Shown: positions 13,989 to 31,339, counted from the first letter of the stretch. The stretch: 64,000 nt of DNA from Eledone cirrhosa (GCA_964016885.1 OZ024742.1:71300001-71364000); one strand, 5' to 3'. Translations and numbers: made by a program. Notes: generated by a model not told the origin, from the sequence alone.

Positions 13989-14016
13989 TGGTAGTGATGC
14001 CATCATATATCTAGAT

Positions 14017-14183
14017 CAACGTTTCTCAACCTTTTTTACCCTTGTGGAACCCTTGAAATAGTTTTCCTGTCTCAGGGAAGCCCTAGTAAAATTACGAATA
14101 CAGAATTCAACAAAAATTACTAATTATTTATCAGTTTCTCGTGAAACATTAGGGTTCAGGGGAACACCGGTTGAGGAACATTG
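14017..14183. mobile_element. hAT (Charlie-like) MITE
   Basis: TIRs CAACGTTTCTCAAC / GTTGAGGAACATTG; 8-bp TSD ATCTAGAT / ATTTAGAT. Confidence 0.8.
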
Positions 14184-14471
14184 ATTTAGATGGTGACGGA
14201 TAATAACATTCACTCTCATCTTTCTTTTCTGCTCTCTCAATTATTTTCTTTTCCTATGATCGATCTCTTCTCAATTAGACAGACTGGTTCAATAGAAATC
14301 GTTAGGATAGTCGAGACTATTGTAACGGCTTCACTTTCTTTTGATATTTCTATAAGACAGAGAGACGATGGAGTTTGTGTCGTCTTTCCATTATTGTCTC
14401 GTGTTCCATTATTTTGATTTTAGTAAAGTCATGTTTAGTTAATCAGTCTCTCTCTCTCTACATTTCACTCT

Positions 14472-15477
14472 TATTTTTTTTTACCTGTTCCAGCCATCCG
14501 GCTGAGGCCATGCTGGGGCACCGCCCTTGTTGCTACACATTTCATCTCCAGCCTGTATTGGTTGGCCACTGGTGCAAGAGGGAGTTCGTTGCTGCTGCTC
14601 TTAGGTTTCCCTCGGGCTCATCTGGCATCCTGGATAGAACGGTGTCGAGATGTTTCTTGAAGACATCCACATCCACACCATGCAGATCTCTCAGATCCCT
14701 CGGCAGCTTGTTGAAGAGTCGAGGGCCCTTGAACCCCAGGCTATTGCAATATCTGCTCCTTGTTCTAGATGTGGAAGACGGGACCTTTGGCGCAACACAG
14801 TGACGTCCTGTTCGACGGTTGGTCCAGCTCCCTATGCTAAAGTTTGGTGCTAGTCCCTCCAGGATTTTCCAAACGTAGATCACTGCGTATCTCTCCCGTC
14901 ATCATTCCAAGGAGTAGAGGTTCAGTTCTTTTAGCCTCTCCCAGTAGCTTATCTCCTTCATCTTCGCAAACCTCTTGGTGTAGCTTCGCCGGATTGTCTC
15001 AAGCTCCGTGGTTAGTTTGACACTATGGGGTGACCACAACTGGGAGCAAATGTCCTCCATCGTGTCAACATGGTGTCTCAGTCTCTTGTCCGGAAAGTCC
15101 TCAAGATCCAGCCAGCGAATCGTCTGTACATTGTCGCCACTTTCATGATGTGTGAGGAAAAAGATGCATCATTGCTCATGTCTATCCCCAGGTCCCGTAT
15201 CGATTTCGACACGGGGTTATCGGTCTCTCCTGGCTCGGCGTAATTGTGTTGCACTGTATTTGTGTTTGCAGGTGTGCATTGTAGGGCTTGGAATTTGCAA
15301 GCATTAAACTGCATGTTGTTGTCTTCTGCCCATTTGTATATGGCATCTATATCTTGTTGTAAGAGGGCAGTGCCAGCCGGGTTTGGATTGCCTGTGCTAC
15401 TTTAGTGTCATCAGCATAGCTAGTGAGGGATGTTGTTGTATGCACTACAGAGGGCATGTCTGGGAGAGCTAAAAAAA
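14472..15477 (-). mobile_element. CR1/Jockey-group LINE 3' fragment
   Basis: YADDTK, IRDLGI, GWILRTF, LNLYSLE, IYVWKILEGLAPN, GPRLFNKLP; A-rich 3' end; cut on the 5' side by the TA array. Confidence 0.85.
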
Positions 15478-15490
15478 TATATATATATAT

Positions 15491-15528
<38 letters not shown>

Positions 15529-15723
15529 AGATATATATATATATATATGGAGATATATATATATATATATGGAGATATATATATATATGGAGATATATAT
15601 ATATATGGAGATATATATATATATGGAGATATATATATATATAGAGAGATATATATATCTCTGTATCTCTCTATATATATCTCTATATATATCTCCATAT
15701 ATATATATATATCCATATATATA

Positions 15724-15756
<33 letters not shown>

Positions 15757-15786
15757 AGATATATGTATATGGAGATATATGTATAT

Positions 15787-17565
15787 AGTGCTGAGAAGAA
15801 AGATGCATGGAAGAGTCATTATGATAGATTACTAAATGAGGAGAATGCATGGGAAGAAGAGACCCTACCCCACGTAGACCCTATAGAGGGACCAGCAGTA
15901 CAAGTCAGCGGCAGCGTAGTAAGTAAGGCAATCAGAGATATGAAGATAGGGAAGGCAACCGGTCCATCGGGTATAGCTGCCGAGATGCTGAAGGCATCTG
16001 GGTCTGTAGGTCACACTATAACCACACGTATCGTTAACCAGGTAATACTAGAGGGGGCCATACCAAAAGATTGGTGCAGTAGCATCATTGTCAACTGCTA
16101 CAAAGGTAAAGGCGATGCACTAGATAGAGGAAACTATAGAGGTATAAAGTTGATGGACCAGGTCATGAAAGTAACAGAAAGAGTTATAGCACAGCTGATT
16201 AGGGACCGGGTGAATATAGACGAGATGCAATTTGGGTTTGTACCAGGGAAAGGCACCACTGATGCCCTCTTCCTTGTGAGGCAATTACAGGAAAAGTACC
16301 TAGCTAAAAGTAAGCCACTCTACTTGGCATTTGTCGACCTTGAGAAAGCCTTTGACAGAGTTCCACGTGCAGTAATCTGGTGGGCTCTTAGAAAACTAGG
16401 AGTAGATGAATGGCTTGTGAAAGCGGTACAAGCCATGTATAGGGGAGCAGTCAGCAAAGTTAGGATTGGCAATGAGTATAGCGAGGAATTTAGCGTACAG
16501 GTTGGGGTCCACCAGGGCTCTGTTCTTAGCCCTCTCCTGTTCATCATAGTCCTGCAGGCAATAACGGAGGAGTTTAAGACCGGATGCCCATGGGAACTCC
16601 TGTATGCTGATGACCTCGCACTCATAGCTGAATCTATGGTAGAACTAGAGAATAAATTCCAAACCTGGAAGCAGGGACTAGAGAGAAAGGGCCTCAAAGT
16701 CAACATGACAAAGACTAAGGTCCTTGTAAGTAGACGAGAAAACAGAACCCAGATCCCCTCAGGGAAATGGCCTTGCTCAGTATGTAGGAAAGGTGTAGGT
16801 AGAAACTCCATTCTCTGCCCCAAATGCAAACAATGGGTACACAAGAGATGTAGCGGGATCTCAGGAAGCTTAATTAAGAATGTAGGATTCACATGCAGCA
16901 GCTGTGCTGAAACAGCAAGCAAACAGCCACAGGAAACAAGTACCATCTATCTCTGGGAGGGCCCTGTAGAAACAGTAGACAGCTTCTGCTACCTAGGTGA
17001 CCGAATTAGCAACGGAGGTGGGTGCTCAGAAAGTACAATAACTAGGGTAAGAACGGGATGGAAGAAGTTTAGGGAACTACTACCACTGCTAGCTGCAAAA
17101 GGCTTCTCCCTAAGAATGAAAGGCAGACTGTATGATGCGTGTATCCGAACAGCGATGTTGCATGGTAGTGAGACCTGGGCGCTGAAGGTGGAAGACTTAC
17201 GTAGATTAGAGAGAAACGAAGCCTGCATGCTCCGATGGATGTGTAACAGTAATATACGTGAACGACAAAGCATAAAGGAATTGAGAGAGAGACTGAGCAT
17301 AAGAGGAATCAAATGCTGCGTGCAGGAGAGGCGGTTACGCTGGTATGGACATGTGATGCGTATGAAGGATGACAGCTGCATAAAAAGGTGCAGAGCACTA
17401 GAAGTTGATGGAAACCGCGGAGTGGGGAGACCCAAGATGACTTGGGATGAGGTGATAAAAGCCGACCTTACCCAACTACACCTCTCAAAGTCAATGACAC
17501 ACGACCGTGACTTCTGGCGTCACGCAGTAATACAGGGTACCCGACCTCCCATGGGTACATGCTGA
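15787..17565 (+). CDS. RTE ORF fragment: reverse transcriptase with embedded PHD finger
   Basis: [56 protein letters not shown]; no native start codon. Confidence 0.9.
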   Translation, partial: SAEKKDAWKSHYDRLLNEENAWEEETLPHVDPIEGPAVQVSGSVVSKAIRDMKIGKATGPSGIAAEMLKASGSVGHTITTRIVNQVILEGAIPKDWCSSIIVNCYKGKGDALDRGNYRGIKLMDQVMKVTERVIAQLIRDRVNIDEMQFGFVPGKGTTDALFLVRQLQEKYLAKSKPLYLAFVDLEKAFDRVPRAVIWWALRKLGVDEWLVKAVQAMYRGAVSKVRIGNEYSEEFSVQVGVHQGSVLSPLLFIIVLQAITEEFKTGCPWELLYADDLALIAESMVELENKFQTWKQGLERKGLKVNMTKTKVLVSRRENRTQIPSGKWPCSVCRKGVGRNSILCPKCKQWVHKRCSGISGSLIKNVGFTCSSCAETASKQPQETSTIYLWEGPVETVDSFCYLGDRISNGGGCSESTITRVRTGWKKFRELLPLLAAKGFSLRMKGRLYDACIRTAMLHGSETWALKVEDLRRLERNEACMLRWMCNSNIRERQSIKELRERLSIRGIKCCVQERRLRWYGHVMRMKDDSCIKRCRALEVDGNRGVGRPKMTWDEVIKADLTQLHLSKSMTHDRDFWRHAVIQGTRPPMGTC

Positions 17566-17868
17566 AGCATATAAACAATATGCCCCCCCCCCCTCCACCG
17601 CAAGGTGGCCGTGGAGGTGCCACGGCAAAAAAGCACCCAGCCCACACTGTAAAGTGGACGTGTAGGCGCCACGAAAAAGCACCCAACACTCACTGTAAAT
17701 GAGGTTGGTGTTAGGAAGGGCATCCAGCTGTAGAAATCAAGCCAGATCAGTTCCTGTATGAGCAAGGCGTGGTCAGCCGACCAGACACTGCCCACAACAG
17801 GACAACCCGTCTAACCCATGCTAGCGTGGAAGAACGGACGTAAAACGGTGATGATGATGATGATGATG
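15787..17868 (+). mobile_element. 5'-truncated RTE LINE, subfamily A
   Basis: Open RT frame to the stop at 17565, 3' UTR, (GAT)n tail, TSD ATGTATAT at 15779-15786 and 17866-17873. Confidence 0.95.
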
Positions 17869-18447
17869 TATATGGAGATATATATATATGGAGATATATG
17901 TATATGGAGATATATATATGGTTATATATATATATATGGTTATATATATATATATGGTTATATATATATATATATGGTTATATATATATATATATGGTTA
18001 TATATATATATATATGGATATATATATATATGGATATATATATATATATGGTTATATATATATATATATGGATATATATATATGGATATATATATAAATA
18101 TGGATATATATATAAATATGGATATATATATAAATATGGATATATATATATATATGGATATATATATATATATGGATATATATATATATATGGATATATA
18201 TATATATATGGATATATATATATATATATGGATATATATCTATATATATGGATATATATATATATATATATATGGATATATATATATATATATATGGATA
18301 TATATATATATATATGGATATATATATGGATATATATATATATATTGATATATATATATATATGGATATATATAGATATATATATGGATATATATATATA
18401 TCCATATATATATATATATGGATATATATATATATATATATATATAT

Positions 18448-18503
<56 letters not shown>

Positions 18504-18531
18504 ATATATATATATATATATATATATATAT

Positions 18532-18597
<66 letters not shown>

Positions 18598-18651
18598 ATA
18601 TATATATATATATATATATATATATGGATATATATATATATATATATATAT

Positions 18652-18721
<70 letters not shown>

Positions 18722-18791
18722 ATATATATATATATATATATATATATGGATATATATATATATATGGATATATATATATATATATATATAT

Positions 18792-18865
<74 letters not shown>

Positions 18866-18890
18866 ATATATATATATATATATGGATATA

Positions 18891-18923
<33 letters not shown>

Positions 18924-18993
18924 GGATATATATATATATATATATGGATATATATATATATATGGATATATATATATATATATATATATATAT

Positions 18994-19039
<46 letters not shown>

Positions 19040-19207
19040 AGATATATATATATATGGAGATATATATATATATGGAGATATATATTATATATATGGAGAT
19101 ATATATATGGAGATATATATATATATAGAGAGATATATATATCTCTGTATCTCTCTATATATATCTCTATATATATCTCCATATATATATATATATCCAT
19201 ATATATA

Positions 19208-19240
<33 letters not shown>

Positions 19241-19810
19241 AGATATATGTATATGGAGATATATATATATGGAGATATATATATATATGGAGATATATGT
19301 ATATGGAGATATATATATATATGGAGATATATATATGGTTATATATATATATATGGTTATATATATATATATGGTTATATATATATATATGGATATATAT
19401 ATATATATGGATATATATATATATATGGTTATATATATATATATATGGATATATATATATATATGGATATATATATAAATATGGATATATATATATATAT
19501 GGATATATATATATATATGGATATATATATATGGATATATATATATATATGGATATATATATATATATATGGAGATATATATATATATATATGGATATAT
19601 ATATATATATATATATGGATATATATATATATATATGGATATATATATATATATATGGATATATATATATATATGGATATATATATATATATGGATATAT
19701 ATATATATATATGGATATATATATATATATGGATATATATAGATATATATATATGGATATATATATATATATGGATATATATATATATATATCCATATAT
19801 ATATATATAT

Positions 19811-19848
<38 letters not shown>

Positions 19849-20290
19849 ATATATATATATATATATATATATGGATATATATATATATATGGATATATAT
19901 ATATATATATATGGATATATATATATATATATATATGGATATATATATATATATATATATGGATATATATATATATATATATGGATATATATATATATAT
20001 ATATGGATATATATATATATATATATGGATATATATATATATATATATGGATATATATATATATATATATGGATATATATATATATATATGGATATATAT
20101 ATATATATATGGATATATATATATATATATATGGATATATATATATATATATATATGGATATATATATATATATATATATATATGGATATATATATATAT
20201 ATATATATGGATATATATATATATATATGGATATATATATATATATATATATGGATATATATATATATATATATATATGGATATATATAT

Positions 20291-20326
<36 letters not shown>

Positions 20327-20684
20327 ATATATATATATATATATATGGATATATATATATATATATATGGATATATATATATATATATATGGATATATAT
20401 ATATATATATATGGATATATATATATATATGGATATATATATATATATATATATATGGATATATATATATATATGGATATATATATATATATGGATATAT
20501 ATATATATATGGATATATATATATATATGGATATATATATATATATATATATATGGATATATATATATATATATATATGGATATATATATATATATATAT
20601 ATGGATATATATATATATATGGATATATATATATATATGGATATATATATATATATGGATATATATATATATATGGATATATAT

Positions 20685-20718
<34 letters not shown>

Positions 20719-20808
20719 ATATATATATATATATGGATATATATATATATATGGATATATATATATATATGGATATATATGGATATATATATATATATAT
20801 ATATATAT

Positions 20809-20844
<36 letters not shown>

Positions 20845-20850
20845 ATATAT

Positions 20851-20884
<34 letters not shown>

Positions 20885-20931
20885 ATATATCCATATATAT
20901 ATATATATATATAATATATATATGGATATAT

Positions 20932-20967
<36 letters not shown>

Positions 20968-21202
20968 ATATATATATATATATGGATATATATATATATA
21001 TATCCATGTATATATATATAACGAAGGAAATGTGGTAAGGAACCAGGTGGACCATAACGCACCAAAGTACTCAATACTTGAAGTAGTAGAGTGGGTAATA
21101 GGAACCAGTAAGACCCCGACAGCTGAGCTCAAGCCGTTTCGACGGCTAATTCTGGACTGGATATAATATAAGATCAAAAGATGGTTAAAGGAGTTCCATA
21201 TA

Positions 21203-21270
21203 TTTTATTATGCGCATTTCAAAAACAAACATCATCAAGCAATAATATTTGTGTTTTCATCAGATAAAAC
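21203..21270 (-). ncRNA. Minimal type I hammerhead ribozyme
   Basis: UUUUAU-CUGAUGA-[stem II]-GAAA-UGCGCA-UA-AUAAAA: intact core, paired stem I, palindromic stem III. Confidence 0.8.
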
Positions 21271-21364
21271 AGGAGAACATATGAAGGCTAAAAAAACACT
21301 TGTTGATAGTGCAGTTTTAAATCAACATATGAAAAGTGGTTTTAGATTGATGTGTGATATTGGG

Positions 21365-21775
21365 AAAAATATTTTATTTAGAGAGGGGGGGGGGAAGGAT
21401 GAAAAGGGAAGGAGATGAGAGGGAGAGATGGGTGATAGAGAGAAAGAGATAGTTTTTATAACTGAGAGGAGATATATTTTTTACATAGAGGGGTTGAAAA
21501 CCGTTGGAAGATACTGTATAAATTAAAATTTTGAAAATTAACGAAGGGAGGATATGTGCGAGGAAAAAATATTTTATTTAGGGAGGGGCGGGTGGAAAGG
21601 ATGAAAAAAAGGGGGGAGGAGATGAGAGTGAAGGTGGAGAGGGAGAGATGGGTGATAGAGAGAAAGAGATAGTTTTTATAACTGAGAAAAAGATATATTG
21701 TTTTAATATAGAGAGGTTGGGAACCGTTGGAAGATAATGTATAAATTAAAGGAATTTGAAAATTAACGAAGGGAA
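21365..21775. repeat. ~200-bp tandem duplication in the Penelope 3' region
   Basis: GAGAGATGGGTGATAGAGAGAAAGAGATAGTTTTTATAACTGAGA...TGAAAATTAACGAAGGGA occurs twice. Confidence 0.85.
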
Positions 21776-23424
21776 ATTATGTATGAAGATAGAGAGAAAA
21801 AAATAATAATTGTGGGTGAATATTCTAACGTCAAAAGAAGAAATGTATGTATTGTGGCAATTTCAAAATTAGCGAAGAGAAAAATTAAGGTTTGTGTGTA
21901 GAAGGATTTGAGAAAAATAATGTGAAGTTAAAGTTTGTATATTGAATTGATATGTATTAATAATGAGTTCGTTGATGGGGAGAAAAAAAAAAAAAAAAAA
22001 AAAAATAATAATAAATTAAGGATGAAATTGAGATTAAAAAGATTTATGATAGAGAGAAAAAATAATAATGATTGCGGATGAATATTCAAAATGTCAAAAA
22101 CAAATGTTATTATTTTACGAGAAGATAGAATGAGGGTAATGAGTAAACGAGTATTATAGAGTGTATAATGCCCTTTAAAGTAAGGTAGATGGGTATATTT
22201 TAAGAGGTGTATGTATATGTGCCTTTGAGAAAAGATTCTAAATTGATAAAGAATTGAATATTAACTGTATACTTTGTGAAAAGTTCTATGGAATTTATGC
22301 AGGCAGATAGAAAACAAATCTGAGCGTCTATTTATTATAGATTCTAGGTTAGAGATAATGGTAAATTTTTCATTTAGGCAGAGATTACAGATTTTAGATA
22401 GAGAGCTGTTCAAGTATGAGGATGCAGAAGAAATCTTTTTCCAAAAGATGTTATATTTAATGTTTTTGTCTTTTAAGGACCATATGAGTTCTGAGAGAGC
22501 AGTGTTAGTTCTTTTAAGTTTGTATTTGAAAGATGAATGATGATTATAGAGACGAGCTTTAAAAGAGGTGGAAGTGGAGTCAAAATAGGTGAAGGAATTG
22601 GTGCTAGTTATAATTTTACATTCATAAATTAAGTTTTTATCGAGGCAATGGTTGTTGAGAGGACATTTATTTTTAATGCGGCAGTTGCAATTAGAGAGAT
22701 TATTAATGAGTGATCTAGTGTTATCTATAGAAGGAATTGGATTGGAGAAGTTGTTTGCGATAGGAATAATAGGAATAATAGTTTCTTGATTTAGAGTTGG
22801 ATTATGAACATTTAGCGAAGTTGTGGTTTGACGTTGTATTTGGGTTTACAGAAGTTAGCCTAGGGTTTACAATGACGTCGGGAGTACTATTACTGTTATT
22901 ATGAAATTCAATATGGAAGGAAGAGATTTAGTATTTAATATTTTGTTGTTGTGTTTAGAGATGATGTTGGAAATATTGGAGGATGTAGAATACGAAAATT
23001 TGATGGTGTGTTTGTTAAATATTTTACTATAGATATGTGAGGGAGGGAAGCATTTATTTAAGGCACTAAAAAATAATTTAGGAATATTGTTATTAATAGA
23101 GATGGAGAAAGGAGCATTATACCAGATTATGTTTTTGTATCTAGGTCTTTTATTAAAATTATTGGAATGGTCATGATTAATTATTCTACTGTAAGTTTTC
23201 CTAGAATTTGTTTCTTTATTATATTTGATTTTATCTGGATAGCCGGCTTTAGAAAGTGCGTTATTATAGTAATTGGCGTTAGCATCAAAGATGTTTTCAT
23301 TAGAAGATATGTTAGATATTCTATTTCCAATATTATTAATATTGGTAGGATGGTTAGATTTAAAGTTAACATAATTAAGATTCTCATTGTTTTTATGGTA
23401 AGGGTAATATAGGCCAGTGTCAAG

Positions 23425-27000
<3,576 letters not shown>

Positions 27001-27865
27001 TTAGCCGCTAAAGGGTTCTCCCTAAAATGAAAGGCAGGCTGTACGATGCCTGCATACGAACAGCAATGTTGCATGGCAGTGAGACCTGGGCATTGTGTGC
27101 AGAGGATATACGCAGACTAGAGAGAAATGAAGCTTGCATGCTCCGCTGGATGTGTAATAGTAATATACGTGAACGACAAAGCATAAACGAACTAAGGAAA
27201 AAATTAGAAATAAGAGAGATCAGATGTTGTTTACTAGAGAGAAGGCTACGTTGGTATGGTCACGTGATGCGCATGAAGGATGATAGCTGTATAACAAAGT
27301 GCAGGGCAATAAAGATAGACGGTAGCCACGGAATATGCAGACCCAGAAAAACCTGGGACGAGCTGATAAACTCCGACCTCACACACTTACACCTCACCAA
27401 GACAATGTCACTGGACCGAGACCTTTGGCGGTACTCAGTAATAGAGAAGACCCGCCTTGCCAGTAGGCATCTCTAACAAAATACACCCCATCCCACCACC
27501 AACACCCCCACCCCATCCACACCGCCCCTTTCAATGTAAAGTTATGTTGGTCCCACAACATCCAGGCCGAAACAAATGAGATCGTGTAGGTGTCACGACA
27601 AAAAAACACACAGTCCACGCTGTAAATGTGGCCGTGTAGGCAACACGGTAAAAACCTCCCAGCCCCACACTGTAAATGTGGTTGGTGTTAGGAAGGGCAT
27701 CCAGCTGTAGAAAACCCGCCAGACAGTCCACGCTGTAATGTGGCCGTGTAGGCAACACGGTAAAAACCTCCCAGCCCCACACTGTAAATGTGGTTGGTGT
27801 TAGGAAGGGCATCCAACTGTAGAAAACCCGCCAGACAGTCCTATGCGAGCAAGACAACCACTCTT
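27001..27865 (+). mobile_element. RTE subfamily B fragment (duplicated 3' UTR module, tail missing)
   Basis: ORF 27027-27476 [12 protein letters not shown]...; 3' UTR like that at 50619-51120. Confidence 0.95.
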
Positions 27866-28504
27866 ACACATGTGTGTATTTATATGCATACTAATACTTC
27901 CGTATACATATGTAGATGTACACTTTAACTTAATTGTTTAAGCGTCAGTCATACAAAAGTGAGTTAGAAGCGAAACGAAATTTAATTTCATTTCGTTATT
28001 TGTTTTTATCGTTTCCGCTGAACCGGTGCGTACAATGACTCACGTTCTATGCAAATTAGTCTACCCACTACTAATTTTCATAGAAAAAGCATATAACGAT
28101 ATGTGCTTTTACAATTCTCCAGAGAAGCCGGAAGATGGGTAAATATTGCTGATGAGATGTAATAACATCGAAACTAGTCCAATATTCCTGTCTGGCCCTC
28201 TGGAGAATAGAGGAAATGTGTTTCCTTGAAAACTCGTATGACTCTAAAACCCGGTCCGCCTGTGTGGTTACATACAGACTAGCTGACACTCACTGTAAAG
28301 TGTCTAGTGAAAAGCTGAGTACATGTACATATGTATACATGTGTGTATTTATATGCATACTAATACTTCCGTATACATATGTAGATGTACACTTTAACTT
28401 ATATATATATCCATATATATATATATATCCATATATATCCATATATATATATCCATATATATATATATATATATATCCATATATATATATCCATATATAT
28501 ATAT

Positions 28505-28564
<60 letters not shown>

Positions 28565-28840
28565 ATATATATATATATATCCATATATATATATCCATAT
28601 ATATATATCCATATATATATATATCCATATATATATATCCATATATATATATCCATATATATATATCCATATATATATATCCATATATATATATATATAT
28701 ATATATCCATATATATATATATATCCATATATATATATATATATATATATCCATATATATATATATATCCATATATATATATATATATATATATCCATAT
28801 ATATATATATATATATATCCATATATATATATATATATAT

Positions 28841-28874
<34 letters not shown>

Positions 28875-29542
28875 ATATATATATATATATATATATATAT
28901 CCATATATATATATATATATATCCATATATATATATATATATATATATATCCATATATATATATATATATATCCATATATATATATATATATATATATAT
29001 ATCCATATATATATATATATATCCATATATATATATATATATATATATATATCCATATATATATATATATATATATATCCATATATATATATATATATAT
29101 ATCCATATATATATATATATATATATATCCATATATATATATATATATATATATATCCATATATATATATATATCCATATATATATCCATATATATATGT
29201 ATATATATATATCCATATATATATATATATATATATAAAAACAAATAACGAAACGAAATTAAATTTCGTTTCGTTTGTAACTCACTTTTGTATGACTGAC
29301 GCTTAAACAATTAAGTTAAAAATGTACATCTACATATGCATACTGAAATACTAGTGTGTATATGAATACACACACGTATACATATGTAGGTGTACCAAGT
29401 CTTTCACTGGTCGCTTTACAGTGAGCGGCCCAGCTATTCTGTATGTAAACACACAGACAACCGGTTTTTAGAGTCATACTGGTTTTTCGGGGGAACACCT
29501 TCCCCCTATTCTCCAGAAAGCCAGACAAGGAATATTGAATCT
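27866..29542. repeat. Unclassified ~470-bp unit, a partial second unit and a diverged inverted copy around a (TA)nCC array
   Basis: 27869-27931 = 28339-28400; 29236-29542 is the reverse complement of 28170-28400 joined to 27932-28008. Confidence 0.8.
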
Positions 29543-29575
29543 ATATATATATATATCCATATATATATATATATA

Positions 29576-30348
29576 ATAAAAAATTGAACAGGGACAGAAC
29601 AGAGAGGCAGTACGACAAATGTTTATTAGCTTCACGCTCAGGAGAGTGGGGGGTAGGTGGAGGACGACGTTTCGGGCATAAGCCCTTCTTCGGGTAAGAG
29701 TTCAAAAGGTGTGTAGGGGAGTGGTGGAGAGACATATAGCGAAAGGAAACGGTGCGAATGAAAAATTAATAAAAAATGACAAAATTATAATAAATAATAA
29801 ATAAAAATAAAGCATGATCAAAATACAAGGAATGAGAACATTTAAAAATAAAGGCATGATCAAAATAAACTGAAATTAAAAGGGGGGTAAACAGGTGGTG
29901 GAAGGGTGTGGGGTGAGTAGAGGTGGAGGCGGGTGGAGTGGGGAGAGGGAGACGGGGTGTCCGAGCGGGGAGGGCTGAAGGTGGTGTGTGTGGTTAGGTG
30001 TGCGTGTGTGTGTGTGTGTGTGTGTATGTGAAAGTGAGGGTTGGGGGAAGAACGGGGTTGCATGTTCAGGAAGGTGTGTGTGGGGGGTGTTTTTGTGTGT
30101 CGGAGGGTCTGTGCGTGTGTGGATAGGGGGTGGGGGGAGAGGAATCGGGGGGCTGAGGGTGTAAATATGTGGTGGGAAGCACGTGTGTGTGGTTTAAGCG
30201 TGTTGTGGGTGTGGGTGGCGTGTGGATAAAAAAATTTGTTTTGGGATGTGTGTGTGGGTGAGTTATATAGGTGATGGTGTTAGAGGATGGTTGAAAAGTG
30301 GTAAGTTACACGGATGTATGGAGATTTTGGTTGGAAGTCAAAACACGA
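29576..30348 (-). mobile_element. Probable Penelope-like 3' end / pseudo-LTR
   Basis: Hammerhead-like CCGAAGA-AGGGCTTATGCCC-GAAACGTCGTC followed by AATAAA on the minus strand. Confidence 0.55.
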
Positions 30349-30537
30349 TATATATCCATATATATATATATATATATATCCATATATATATATATATATA
30401 CCCATATATATATATATATATATCCATATATATATATATATATATATCCATATATATATATATATATCCATATATATATATATATCCATATATATATATA
30501 TCCATATATATATATATATCCATATATATATATATAT

Positions 30538-31339
30538 CATCATCATCATCATCATCATCAACGTTTAACGTCCGTGTCCCACGCTTGCATGGGTTTGGAC
30601 GGGGGTAGTCCCACTTGAGGCAAGAGTGATTTTCTTGCTCGCATAGGACTGTCTGGCAGGTTTTCTACAGTTGAATGCCCTTCCTAACACCAACCACATT
30701 TACAGTGTGGGTCTGGGAGGTTTTTACCGTGTTGCCTACACGGCCACATTACAGCGTGGACTGTGTGTTTTTTTGTCGTGACACCTACACGATCTCATTT
30801 GTTTCGGCCTGGATGGCGCGGCACCAACATAACTTTACATAGAACGGGGTGGTGTCGATGGGGTGGGGGTGGTGGCGGGACGGGGTGTATTTTGTTAGAG
30901 ATGCCTACTGGCAAGGCGAGTCTTCTCTGTTACTGAGTACCGCCAAAGGTCTCGGTCCAGTGACATTGTCTTGGAGAGGTGTAAGTGTGTGAGGTCGGAG
31001 TTTATCAGCTCTGCCTATTCCGTGGCTACCGTCTATCTTTATTGCCCTGCACTTTGTTATACAGCTGTCGACTTTCATGCGCATCACGTGTCCATACCAA
31101 CGTAGCCTTCTCTCGAGTAAACATCTGATCCCTCTTATCTCTAATTTTTTCCTTAGTTCGTTTATGCTTTGCCGTTCACGTATATTACTGTTACACATCC
31201 AGCGGAGCATGCAAGCTTCGTTCCTCTCTAGTCTGCGTATATCCTCTGCACACAATGCCCAGGTCTCACTGCCATGCAACATTGCTGTTCGTATGCAGGC
31301 ATCGTACAACCTGCCTTTCATTTTTAGGGAGAACCCTTT
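30538..31339 (-). mobile_element. RTE subfamily B 3' fragment
   Basis: (CAT)n at 30538, ORF 30905-31321, small internal deletions. Confidence 0.95.

Larger units (their letters stand above)
15478..21019. repeat. Interrupted (TA)n array with GG/GGAG/GGT punctuation, containing an RTE insertion
   Basis: Direct reading of the sequence. Confidence 0.95.
21020..23424 (-). mobile_element. Penelope-like element (Naiad-type), 5'-truncated
   Basis: Minus-strand translation [53 protein letters not shown], stop at 22261; hammerhead in the terminal region. Confidence 0.85.

Noticed and set aside
15430-15786. Apparent N-terminal extensions fusing IY repeats to RT ORFs (also ORFs 46044, 49228, 51120 and 63242)
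   Set aside because: Any truncated LINE next to a stop-free array appears in frame; there is no evidence of translation.
16320-17435. Antisense ORFs over the RTE RT (repeated in other copies)
   Set aside because: These are shadow frames repeated only because the copies are recent duplicates.
22261-22700. Selenocysteine-encoding Naiad
   Set aside because: All conserved Cys positions are TGC/TGT and this segment has no in-frame TGA.
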